From: Aureliella sp.
GTDB taxonomy: Bacteria > Planctomycetota > Planctomycetia > Pirellulales > Pirellulaceae
Assembly (NCBI GenBank): GCA_963691875.1
Contig: OY829846.1
Span: forward strand, 2,688,001 to 2,752,000
Direction: 5' to 3'
DNA: 64,000 bases
Below the pieces are notes generated by a model. It was not told where the DNA came from. It did not search any database and worked only from the letters and a program-made list of their open reading frames with translations. A program made the position numbers and the translations under genes. This document shows positions 1-9,559 of the stretch, piece after piece. Each line of letters starts with the position of its first letter. Positions within the stretch are counted from its first letter, which is position 1.

Positions 1-546
1 TGTTTCATCGGGGCCACCAGTGAAAGTATTTGGCTAGTCTCGCTGACGTGGCAAAGACGATAGGTCGCTAGCCACTCGCATTGTCAGAATTGGACCACCC
101 CAGGTGCAAAGTGACCAACGGGCTGACAAAGCCGCCAACTAGGTAAGACACGACTCGAGCTACAGGGCCGTTTTCAGCTTGACTGCGCGAGTAGCCAGTG
201 CTTGGTGCTCAGTAAACGGGTTATCGCTAAGGAGACCTTCTTCTTTGATAAAATAGTCCCATCAGAACGACACTCGCGTAGATCGCCAACGAACTCGGTT
301 CGGGGACTGTGGCGAAGGAGCATAGACTTGCAACGTGAAAGCGGTAATCACTGTTCCTGTTCGATGCGTCGAAACGGCTCCGAAATGAAGACCGCATGAA
401 CTTGGCGGAGCGACCCCAATAGCCGCCACGCCTCGCTGGGAGATCTTATACCGAGTGAGTTCACTACTCGCTGCACTGCTTACGGACTCCTTATAGTTCG
501 CGGTAGCTAACGACGCCGTGGATCCACTTGGCTGTTTCTCGATTCT

Positions 547-2121
547 TTAATTCGATGAAGAAATTCGGATGAACTCGAACTTATCCAGATAAAGAATCTG
601 CCGTTTGGAACCCACATCCAACTCCAGACGCACGTCCATTACCGTGTCCTTGTTGTGGTGATAGATTCTGGTGTAAGTGAGTGGTTCTTCACCAACGTCA
701 ATCCACTCGTTGTCAGCTTGGTGGCTATCATAGAGCTTGTCGCCAGTAAGGGCGTTCCTGAGCATTAGCTTGACTCGACCCACACCATTTTCGCTAGCGG
801 CTATAAAACTGATTTCGTAGGTTTTTCCTTTGAGAACATGCAACAACGTCCTTCCAGGTGCACCCATATATTCATTTCTATCCTGATACGTCTGGAGGTA
901 CAGTTGTCCACTCGCGTCGTCAGGGACGGTCAGTTTCAACATACTGGAGCCACTGTAGACGTCTTTGCCCTGAACATATTCTCGTTCGATCCTGTCCGAA
1001 GTGAGATGCCATGCGTGGTCCGGAGTGTGGAATTCTCCGTTGATTATCTGAGAGACCCCTGGCAGGACTGTCGGTTTTGCACCGGTTAACTTTTCCAGAA
1101 CAGTCTGGTTCCAGCCAAGTTCAGAATCGAATATTGCGAATGATCTTTGGTTGCTTTGTATCCCTGTGTACCACATGTTACCTAGATCGTATTGCCTGAA
1201 ATTGGAGATGTGATAATCCAGCCATGCGGATAATTCCCGATTAGAACGCTGCGGAAATTGCCAGCATCCCCACTCGGTCGTAATGATAGGTATGTCAACG
1301 CCGATCCTGTCTCGCCATTTTGCCGCATTGGTTATTTCAGTCAAAATTGGAGACTTCCAGTCTTTACCTTCCAAAGTTTGTGTCCACATGGCGAAATTCA
1401 CGCCGTCTTTATGTTTTGGACTATAGAAATGAATAGCAACACCCGTGTTTGTGTCCTCGTAAAACCCCTTACCATTTTCAAAATGGTAAGAAAGGTATTT
1501 GTCGGTGACATAGGGGTGAAGAAACTCTGAGTCATTGAAACCGGGAGCTCCAATCAAGATCGGACGGTCGGGATCGACATCTCTAATGGCTTGCACAGCA
1601 GCGTTGTACAATGACATTACATGCTCAGCACCACTTGCATCCTTGAAGCCCAGTCCTTCAGGTTCATTGAGTATTTCGAACACAAGATCACTCGGGAAAT
1701 CCTTCCAGGCTTCAGCTAGTTCTCTCCACTTGTCTGCAATTTGCTGCTCACCAAGTTTTGGATTTCCGGGCCACGTCTTCGAGCCCCACATGCAGACGAC
1801 AATGGCAAGATTGTTCGAAAGTGCGTCCTTGATTTGTTGTTCAGTAGACCGGTGGTGCGCGTGAAATGGCATCATGACTCGAACTGAATCAAATGCAGCC
1901 TCTGCGGCAGCCTGGAAATGCGCGCTGTCGTGTTGGATTTTCGGCCAGACTCCGGCATCGGGATGGGCAGTGTCAATATTGATACCCTTCCCCAATTTTT
2001 GGAAAACCTGTGCATTTTTACGAGGTGTCCCAGCTGAAAAATCGCTACACAGTCCAAGCAATGGTATCCAGCAGATCGCAATGGTAAGTGCGAGGACTTT
2101 CGCTAACATTCCGTGTTTCAT
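547..2121 (-). CDS. Secreted GH5 (cellulase-family) glycoside hydrolase with C-terminal carbohydrate-binding-like domain
   Basis: GH5 acid/base motif FEILNEP, AIHFY and nucleophile IITTEWG; hydrophobic N-terminal signal after MKHGMLAK (ATG at 2121 preferred over ORF-track start 2268); C-terminal 'IINGEF...W' CBM4/9-like segment. Confidence 0.8.
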   Translation of the reverse strand: MKHGMLAKVLALTIAICWIPLLGLCSDFSAGTPRKNAQVFQKLGKGINIDTAHPDAGVWPKIQHDSAHFQAAAEAAFDSVRVMMPFHAHHRSTEQQIKDALSNNLAIVVCMWGSKTWPGNPKLGEQQIADKWRELAEAWKDFPSDLVFEILNEPEGLGFKDASGAEHVMSLYNAAVQAIRDVDPDRPILIGAPGFNDSEFLHPYVTDKYLSYHFENGKGFYEDTNTGVAIHFYSPKHKDGVNFAMWTQTLEGKDWKSPILTEITNAAKWRDRIGVDIPIITTEWGCWQFPQRSNRELSAWLDYHISNFRQYDLGNMWYTGIQSNQRSFAIFDSELGWNQTVLEKLTGAKPTVLPGVSQIINGEFHTPDHAWHLTSDRIEREYVQGKDVYSGSSMLKLTVPDDASGQLYLQTYQDRNEYMGAPGRTLLHVLKGKTYEISFIAASENGVGRVKLMLRNALTGDKLYDSHQADNEWIDVGEEPLTYTRIYHHNKDTVMDVRLELDVGSKRQILYLDKFEFIRISSSN

Positions 2122-2483
2122 CAACAAACCCAAATAGCCTTGGTTTTTAATTGAAGGTGTGACGCATGCGAGATTCCGAGAGAGTTTACCTTGGAAGCTT
2201 GCACGAGTAACTGGAGTCTTTCGTTTTCGCTGAGAGTCCGCCACCGCCCTTTGTAGTACTTGAACCACAACCCGGTGCCGCGACGACTAAGCTCTGGTCG
2301 TCTCTTTGTAGATGGCATAGACTTAGTCATGCATCGCTCCTCATCCAAAGGTAAAGCGGTGTGTTGGCTGACGGGTGTTACCGCACTCGTTAGCCCCTTA
2401 TTACCAATCTTTGTAAAGAATCTTGGTAAGAACGCAACTGGCCATCAACACCATATGCCACTTTACCCAATTTTTCCTTACCC

Positions 2484-2577
2484 GGAAGCGTTTGCTAGTC
2501 TGGTGACTGCCGCGGTCTTCAAAACCGCTGAGGGGTCTGAAAAGGTGCCTGGTGGGTTCGATTCCCATCCGCTTCCG
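2484..2577 (+). tRNA. selC: tRNA-Sec (anticodon TCA)
   Basis: GGAAGCG...CGCTTCC-G acceptor stem, D-arm with TGGT loop, anticodon arm GCGGT-CTTCAAA-ACCGC, long variable arm, T-arm GTGGG-TTCGATT-CCCAT; 94 nt. Confidence 0.93.
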
Positions 2578-2698
2578 CTCTTGATTTCCTGCCTAGATCA
2601 GAAGCTCCAGCTGCACGGCCAAACGCAATCCCAGGCCAAAGCTTCCGCATTGATGCGGGGCGACCAATGCGAATAGCTGGAATTGACTCCGCGGTGAT

Positions 2699-4018
2699 TC
2701 AGCAGCCTTGAATCTTTCCACCTAACCGCTGGTACAACTCACTTAGGCGACGCAGTAGCTTCTCTCGCGGCCTGGTGAGTTTCTGCGTGTCGCAACGCAC
2801 CGTCATGATGGGATGCCCTGGTTCAATTATCAGTTCTTTCTCTCCATCTGGCAGACGTGGGATATCCGCGAAGTTTCGACGTGGGAGTTTGTGTAAGCTG
2901 GCGATCTCACGTTCACCGAGTCTGAGTTCTCGTTCGGCGTACACAACGGCCTTAGCGGCGAGAACGCGAGTTTGCAGCTTGGAACTTGCGTCGACGCCGT
3001 CAATTTGCTGCAGAGATGGCTGGCATATGAGATCCGGTGCGAAGCAAGCTAGGTGAGCCGGAACAGGATTTCTGCCAGCTCGAGCCAAGATCTCCATGCC
3101 AGCGGTCCAACGTGGATTGAGCTCCAAAAGCCAGAGCCTGCCGTAAGCATCTTCAATGAAGTCGACTCCGAGCCAGCCGCGTAGGCCAGTTTGTCGGCGA
3201 ACCTCCTCGGCCACTTCCAGCAGGATTCGGTTCTGCTCCTCGCTCAGCAGAACAGGACCAAACGAACCACGATAGATGAACTCTGTCGGTCCCGGCCAAT
3301 CTCGCTCGGCCCACGACTCGGTCACACCCACTAGTTCACACTCTCGGGCTGCTGTTGGCAGAATCAGGCACGCGCCAAGCACACGGCCACAGACCTCGCG
3401 TTGAAAATAGTGGTTACCGCTAACTGATCCGTCAAACTCACCCGTCATTGCGGACTGGACGCCAAGACCACCTGAGCCAGAGATAGATTTTCTCAGCCAC
3501 CTTGCCACCGTAGCTTTCGCAGCTCTGGGTTCAGCTACCCCAGGCTTAGCCGCTGTCTCTGGAAAGCTGAGTCCGTCGACTCGACGCGCAAGATCCTGCC
3601 AGAACTCCAGGTCGCGTAACTTTTGAAGTTGTGTTGAATTCGGGCCTAGGACTGGTGCCAAATTGCGAACTTGCTCCAACCAGGGAGCCCAGTTTTCCGT
3701 GCCTCCGGCCAACAACAGGGGGCGATCACTTTTTAGATTTTCCAATGCTTCGCGAAGAGTCGAAGCCTGACTCGAACCCCGGCTCCTTGAAGCCGAAGCG
3801 AGCGAAAAAAGCAGATTTGGGTCCCAATTCGCAAGTTGCTGCCATTTCACGGTGAGTTCGCACAGGTCCTGGTCTGCAAAACAGTCGACGCTTGAGACTG
3901 GCAGATTTACTGCAACGCATGCTTCTGCAAGAGCACGACAGCTAAACCCCAGGAGGCAGATTCCTCGTTCCCCCCCTAAAAGACTGTTATGCGATGTCGT
4001 CGGCGAAACTTCGGGCAT
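2699..4018 (-). CDS. ATP-grasp domain carboligase (COG2232-like; possibly linked to H4MPT/methanofuran C1 cofactor biosynthesis)
   Basis: VDCFADQDL N-terminal motif, WLRKS..GSGGLGV, GWLGVDFI, LLELNPRWT ATP-grasp signatures; start uncertain (ATG 4018). Confidence 0.7.
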   Translation of the reverse strand: MPEVSPTTSHNSLLGGERGICLLGFSCRALAEACVAVNLPVSSVDCFADQDLCELTVKWQQLANWDPNLLFSLASASRSRGSSQASTLREALENLKSDRPLLLAGGTENWAPWLEQVRNLAPVLGPNSTQLQKLRDLEFWQDLARRVDGLSFPETAAKPGVAEPRAAKATVARWLRKSISGSGGLGVQSAMTGEFDGSVSGNHYFQREVCGRVLGACLILPTAARECELVGVTESWAERDWPGPTEFIYRGSFGPVLLSEEQNRILLEVAEEVRRQTGLRGWLGVDFIEDAYGRLWLLELNPRWTAGMEILARAGRNPVPAHLACFAPDLICQPSLQQIDGVDASSKLQTRVLAAKAVVYAERELRLGEREIASLHKLPRRNFADIPRLPDGEKELIIEPGHPIMTVRCDTQKLTRPREKLLRRLSELYQRLGGKIQGC

Positions 4019-4197
4019 TGGAGCGGGTTGGAAGATGCGGGCCGGGGCACGGCAAATAAGTCCTTTACCCTTGCCCCCCGGGTGATAAATCTTTTCGCCC
4101 AACTACCATTGGACTACGGGTTGCGGGAATCACAGCGAAATCGCCCTACCTAGTACTTCTTACGCATTATTTGCACCTGACTCAAAAAGAAACAGAC

Positions 4198-7100
4198 ATG
4201 CTGACTCTTTCTAGGCATCTTCGGCAGCGAATTCTCGCTCGAGGCATTGCATGCTTTGCCCTGATGCTCGCCTGCTTCGCAGCTTCTCCTGCTTGGGCAC
4301 AACGTGACTATATCGGCGTTGTGGCCGAAATGCAGAATCCCGAGTTGGCGGACCGAATCGGACTCTCCGAGGAACAGCGAACTGAGATCAAATCGCTTAT
4401 CAGCAAGCGAAGTAGCGGTGTTATTGGTTTGGCCGGCCAGCTAAAAGAGTTGCCACTAGACAAACGTGCAAAGCTCGTCGATGAGTATCGAGAAGAATCG
4501 GAAAAACAGGCCTTCGCGATTCTGAATGACGAGCAGCGTGCCGCCATGGAGCAAGTGCGAATAGAGCGGATGGGCTTGTTGTCGCTGTCGGAGGCTTCCA
4601 TTGCAGAAAAAATGCAGCTCGCGGATTGGCAGAAGGCGGGAGTTGCTCGATGGAAAGGTAAGCTAGATCAGGCGACTCGATCGGATAACCCCGATCAAAT
4701 GCGACGGGATGCGGAGAAAAGTCTGCGTGGTCAGATCTCAGATAGCCAGTTCGCGATGTGGCAGCACTTGATTGGACGTGGTGACGCACCTGCAACAGTA
4801 GAAGTTCCTGAGCAGGTCTCTTCCACAGCTGTCGCAGGGATGGCCGAACCAGGTGATGCAGAATCGAACTCCAAGATCCCCGTAGAAGAAATTCAACTCA
4901 GGATCAACTTTAAGGATGCACCCTACGACGACGTGATCTACTGGCTCGCTGAGCAGGCTGATCTCGCCCTGATGGGTAATGTCGTTCCCCCAAGTACATT
5001 CACCTATCGAGATCTTTCGCGAACGTATTCGGTTCGCGAGACGATGGATAAGATCAATTCTTCGCTGCTGAGTTCGGGTTACCAGTTGATCCGAGTCGGG
5101 CGTACGTTGCGGTGCTACGATCTGGAAGCTGTGCCTGACGATCTCGAGCGAGGAATCTTTTTGCGAGAGATAGCCCCCGTTGTTGGGCGAGAGCAGTTGA
5201 CCGAGTTTGGTGACTTTGAGCCGGTTACTTGCACTTTCACTCTCAAGCGTTTGGATCCGACGGAGTTGAAAGAGGATGTGGAGCAGTTGCTAAGCATCCA
5301 AGGCCGCGCCGATGCAGTTCCGGCCACCGGAGACTTGATGGTCACCGATGTGGCTCGCAAGGTGAAAGCTATTGATGCCATGATCCAGCGTGCGGAACAG
5401 TCTGGTGGTTCTACAGTTCAGTTTATCGAACTCAAGCACATCACAGCCGACGAGGTTTTGGTGATCGCTCGTCCTTTGTTGGGTCTCGAAGAGGACACCA
5501 ACACAAGTGATGACATAAAGATTTCAGCAGATCTATTTGGCACTCAAATTGTTGCCAAAGGCCAGGCCGAGAAGGTGCAGGATCTTAGGGACATTGTCGA
5601 GCAATTCGACGTGCCTCCCGCTGAAGGGGAGGAGATGGCGGAGCAGGAGGCGATCGTCCTTCGGAGTCACAAGGTCGGGCAGATGGGACTCGACCTCGCC
5701 TACGATATTATCGCACAACAGTTAGCTGGAATTCCTGGTGTTCGACTTGCCAAAGACGAGAAAGGCAATCAGCTATTCGCTCAGGCGCGACCGTCTGAGC
5801 ATGAGATGATCGAGAAATCTCTGGGACTTGCAGGTAATGATTCTGAGGAGACATTTAAGGCGATAACCGTCACCGGAATGGATGTTCAGACCGCCATTGC
5901 AGCTGTTGAAAAGTTCTTTCCTGATACAGGCGAAGAAGGTGAATCCTCCTACACCATCGATGGCCAAACTCTGGGGCGGCAAGTTTGGCTTCGTGGGAGC
6001 GCTGCGAAGATTGAACAGATCGAAGCGTTTTTACAAAGCGTCGAGGCTTCCCAACCCGCTTCGCCTTGGGGAGATCAGGTCACGCAAATACCGCTAACGG
6101 GAAGAGCCGCGGACAAGGCGCTTGAGCAGGCCGCTCAAATGTGGAAAGCAGTTGGCGGAAAGGCCTCCATTCGAGTCATCAAATCTGGTGCACAAGTCAC
6201 CGGAACTGGCATCCCTCAGAAAGTGTTTGCACCTAATACCGACGACAAAGAAGCGTTCCATCTGCGAAAGCTAAACGCACTCCCACTTCATCCAGGCGAG
6301 CCGCTGCCGATGCCCAAGTCTGGGGCTCAAGGCATACTGGTCTCCACTGCGCAGGAAGAATCTGAGACGAATACGGCCGTTGAAGTAGATCCCAATGCCA
6401 TTCAAATCATCAAGACTCCAAGTGGTTTGCTGCTGTACTCCGAGGACAAAGAGCAGCTGGCTATGTTCAATGAGATGCTCAACATGTTGGCAATCCCAAG
6501 TGGAACTGCCGAGCCAACGATTGTCTACCTGAAAAATGTGAAAGCAGAGGATGCGAAAGTTCTGCTCGAAAACGTCCTGAGCGGCACCGTAGATTCGGGC
6601 GGAGGCGGAAGTCTTCTTGGAGATGCCTTGGGCGGCGTAATGGGCAGCATGGGCGGGATGTTGGGTGCCGCGCTTGGTGGCGGCGGAGGCCTGCTTAGTA
6701 GCACCAACAGTGGTTCCGCCACTGGCGATTACAAGATAAATACGTTTCCTCTGCACAATGCTTTGATCATCGAGGCGAATCCAGTCGACATGACCTTGAT
6801 TGAGGCGTTAATTAGCACGATTGACATTCCACAGAGTCCCGTCAACGTCGAGACTGGCGGCATGCTGAAAATGATTCCTGTGGTCACGAAAGATGTTGGA
6901 GAGGTCCTCACAATTGTCAAGGAGCTCTTTTCAGACCAAATCAAAGGCGCTGCTCCTACCGGCGGTGGGGGAGGCGGACGCGGCGGCCAGCCTGATCCTG
7001 CCGCAATTATCAACGCCTTGCGAGGCGGTGGCCGTGGTCGCGGTGGTGCTGGCGGAGGTCAGGCTCAGCTGACCGAAGCAAAGATATCGATTAGCGCGGA

Positions 7101-7572
7101 GCCATCGACGAACATGCTGATTGTGATGGCTCAACCACAACAGATTGAGCAGATCGAAGCTCTCGTCAAAGTGATCGACAAGGCTGGTGAAGCGGATCCA
7201 GAAGAAATCGCTGTCACCGACATGGGGTCGCTCAAGGGGAACATCATTGCAAACGGCTTGGTGCCGGTACTAGGCCCCAACGCGAAGACAAACGTTACCG
7301 AATCGGGAACGAGTAGCAACACTCCGACGCCTACTTCGACCACACCGGCAGCGGGTGGCACGTCCGATGCTGCAGCCCAGGCACGCCGAGCAGCATTCTT
7401 TGAGGCACTTCGTGCACGAGGCGCTTTTGGTGGAGCTGGACGCGGTGGAGGAGCTGCTGGTGGAGCCGGTGGCGGCGGACCAGGTGGAGCTGGACGCGGT
7501 GGCCCTGGATTCGGTCGTGGTGGCGGGGGACCCGGTGGCGGGGGTGGTCCTGGCCGCGGTCGTGGGCAATAA
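4198..7572 (+). CDS. GspD-like secretin N-terminal-domain repeat protein (no recognisable secretin barrel)
   Basis: Signal peptide (..SPAWA/Q); N0-like INFKDAPYDDVIYWLAEQADL; repeated NolW/Secretin_N-like units (FTLKRLDPTEL, IELKHITADEV, VYLKNVKAEDA, ISAEPSTNMLIV); first gene of T2SS operon; Gly/Arg-rich tail. Confidence 0.75.
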   Translation: MLTLSRHLRQRILARGIACFALMLACFAASPAWAQRDYIGVVAEMQNPELADRIGLSEEQRTEIKSLISKRSSGVIGLAGQLKELPLDKRAKLVDEYREESEKQAFAILNDEQRAAMEQVRIERMGLLSLSEASIAEKMQLADWQKAGVARWKGKLDQATRSDNPDQMRRDAEKSLRGQISDSQFAMWQHLIGRGDAPATVEVPEQVSSTAVAGMAEPGDAESNSKIPVEEIQLRINFKDAPYDDVIYWLAEQADLALMGNVVPPSTFTYRDLSRTYSVRETMDKINSSLLSSGYQLIRVGRTLRCYDLEAVPDDLERGIFLREIAPVVGREQLTEFGDFEPVTCTFTLKRLDPTELKEDVEQLLSIQGRADAVPATGDLMVTDVARKVKAIDAMIQRAEQSGGSTVQFIELKHITADEVLVIARPLLGLEEDTNTSDDIKISADLFGTQIVAKGQAEKVQDLRDIVEQFDVPPAEGEEMAEQEAIVLRSHKVGQMGLDLAYDIIAQQLAGIPGVRLAKDEKGNQLFAQARPSEHEMIEKSLGLAGNDSEETFKAITVTGMDVQTAIAAVEKFFPDTGEEGESSYTIDGQTLGRQVWLRGSAAKIEQIEAFLQSVEASQPASPWGDQVTQIPLTGRAADKALEQAAQMWKAVGGKASIRVIKSGAQVTGTGIPQKVFAPNTDDKEAFHLRKLNALPLHPGEPLPMPKSGAQGILVSTAQEESETNTAVEVDPNAIQIIKTPSGLLLYSEDKEQLAMFNEMLNMLAIPSGTAEPTIVYLKNVKAEDAKVLLENVLSGTVDSGGGGSLLGDALGGVMGSMGGMLGAALGGGGGLLSSTNSGSATGDYKINTFPLHNALIIEANPVDMTLIEALISTIDIPQSPVNVETGGMLKMIPVVTKDVGEVLTIVKELFSDQIKGAAPTGGGGGGRGGQPDPAAIINALRGGGRGRGGAGGGQAQLTEAKISISAEPSTNMLIVMAQPQQIEQIEALVKVIDKAGEADPEEIAVTDMGSLKGNIIANGLVPVLGPNAKTNVTESGTSSNTPTPTSTTPAAGGTSDAAAQARRAAFFEALRARGAFGGAGRGGGAAGGAGGGGPGGAGRGGPGFGRGGGGPGGGGGPGRGRGQ

Positions 7573-7779
7573 AGCTGTCCGAAGCGAGCCGACACAGGTA
7601 TGATGCAAAAATCGGCTGAAGCATGACTTATGGCATGCCTCCTTAGAAAGAATTGCCGCAAAAATGAGCGAAGGTCGCATTTGCGGAAAGTAACCAAAGT
7701 AACTGCATTCTCTCCTTGAGAGCCAGCACTTTTCCCCACAGACTCACCAGAGAATTACGCGTCAGATATAGGTCGCTTC

Positions 7780-9486
7780 ATGGTAATGCTAGAACCCGGA
7801 GAAATTCTCCATAAGAACGGCCTGCTTGACGCCGAACAACTTCAACAGCTGAGGGATGAATCCACTGGCAGCACCAACTTGATCTCTGCTGCCATTGGCC
7901 AAGGAATGGTCCAAGAGGAAGAGGCACTCCGCGCCGTTGGTGACGCGCTCGGGATGGATTTCGTTGATCTACGCAGTGTCGATGTCGACATCGACTTGAT
8001 AAAGTCGTTTCCGCAGAAGTTGATTTACCGGCACAATCTCTTTCCCATCAGCCGCGTCAACGGCTCGATGACAGTTGCGACCAGCGACCCTTTGGACGTT
8101 TACGCGCTAGACGAAGCCGCAGCGGCCACAGGCCTGAGCATCGTACCGGTAGTCTCCGAAAAGGCCGAGATAGCTCGGCTGATGAAGAAGCACCTCGGCG
8201 TTGGTTCTGAAACGGTCGAAGGATTGTTGGCTGCCCGCGAGGAAGAGGAGGACATCGAACTACTCGAAGATCTCGAGCTCGATGGAAGCGAACTTAGCGA
8301 GGAAGCACAAGAAGCTTCTGTGATTCGCTTGGTGAACGAGATCCTCGTCGAAGCGATCGATTCGCGTGCAAGTGACGTTCATATCGAATCTCAGGCTGAA
8401 GGCATCATCATTCGATACCGAATCGATGGCATCCTTCATGAGCAACCCGTTCCACCTGAGATCAACCGCTTTCATGCTGCGATTATCAGTCGTTTGAAGA
8501 TCATGGCGAGACTGAACATCGCCGAGAAGCGTCTTCCGCAGGACGGTAGGATTAAACTAAAAGTCCACGGCCGCGAGATCGACATTCGTTTGTCAGTGAT
8601 TCCCATGATTCATGGCGAAGGCTTGGTCATGCGTGTCCTTGACAAGGGCGCGATGAAATTCGATCTTCAAGGTCTCGGGATGGATCCGCATACCTACGGT
8701 TTGTTTAGCAAGTTAATCCGCTTGCCGCACGGAATCGTCCTGGTTACCGGTCCGACTGGTTCTGGTAAGACTACGACCCTTTACAGTTCTTTGCTCGAGA
8801 TTCGCAGTCCGGAAAACAAAATCATTACTACTGAAGATCCGGTCGAGTACCAGCTCAGTGGTATCAATCAGATCCAAGTCCACACCAAGATCGGATTGAC
8901 CTTTGCAGCATCGCTGCGAAGTATCTTGCGTCATGACCCCGATGTCGTACTCGTCGGTGAAATTCGTGACCATGAAACCGCCGAAAACGCGATCCAAGCT
9001 TCGCTGACGGGTCACTTGGTTTTTAGTACTTTGCACACCAACGACGCAGCCGGGGCATTTACCCGGATTGTTGACATGGGCATCGAGCCATTTTTGGTTT
9101 CATCGACGGTGGAAGGCATCATGGCTCAGCGCCTGGTTCGAAGGCTCTGCGATGAATGCAAAGAACCGTATACACCTGCGAAGGAAGACATGCCAAACGA
9201 TTTTCCGTGGGAGAAGCTCGATGGCAAGAAGCTCTTCCGAAGCGCAGGCTGCCGTACTTGTCGAAACGTAGGGTACGCGGGGCGGATGGGTATCTATGAG
9301 TTACTTGTAACGAATGAAGAGATCAAAGAATTGGCCCATGGTCGCGTGAGTACTTGGGAAATCAAACAAGCTGCTTTGAAGGCAGGCATGCATACCTTGC
9401 GGATGGATGCGTGGGACAAGGCCATTCACGGTAGCACCAGCGTGGACGAAGTGTTCCGTGTCACCAAGGGAGATCACGTGGCGTAA
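7780..9486 (+). CDS. gspE: Type II secretion ATPase GspE/PulE
   Basis: Walker A GPTGSGKTTT, EDPVEY, LRHDPDVVLVGEIRD, TGHLVFSTLHTN, CxxC...CxxC zinc motif. Confidence 0.92.
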   Translation: MVMLEPGEILHKNGLLDAEQLQQLRDESTGSTNLISAAIGQGMVQEEEALRAVGDALGMDFVDLRSVDVDIDLIKSFPQKLIYRHNLFPISRVNGSMTVATSDPLDVYALDEAAAATGLSIVPVVSEKAEIARLMKKHLGVGSETVEGLLAAREEEEDIELLEDLELDGSELSEEAQEASVIRLVNEILVEAIDSRASDVHIESQAEGIIIRYRIDGILHEQPVPPEINRFHAAIISRLKIMARLNIAEKRLPQDGRIKLKVHGREIDIRLSVIPMIHGEGLVMRVLDKGAMKFDLQGLGMDPHTYGLFSKLIRLPHGIVLVTGPTGSGKTTTLYSSLLEIRSPENKIITTEDPVEYQLSGINQIQVHTKIGLTFAASLRSILRHDPDVVLVGEIRDHETAENAIQASLTGHLVFSTLHTNDAAGAFTRIVDMGIEPFLVSSTVEGIMAQRLVRRLCDECKEPYTPAKEDMPNDFPWEKLDGKKLFRSAGCRTCRNVGYAGRMGIYELLVTNEEIKELAHGRVSTWEIKQAALKAGMHTLRMDAWDKAIHGSTSVDEVFRVTKGDHVA

Positions 9487-9559
9487 GTCCTAGCTGAGCT
9501 CGCAACTCGCCCAGAGATCTCGCTTGGCTCACAAGCACCGTTGCTTCACGAAAAGAAAC

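Noticed and set aside
2578..2700. Genomic island at selC (a common hotspot)
   Set aside because: The 3' flank runs directly into a housekeeping-type ATP-grasp gene; no integrase or repeat
3651..3661. Extra ACTGGTGCCAA iteron copy
   Set aside because: Single copy inside a coding sequence 26 kb from the element; compatible with chance
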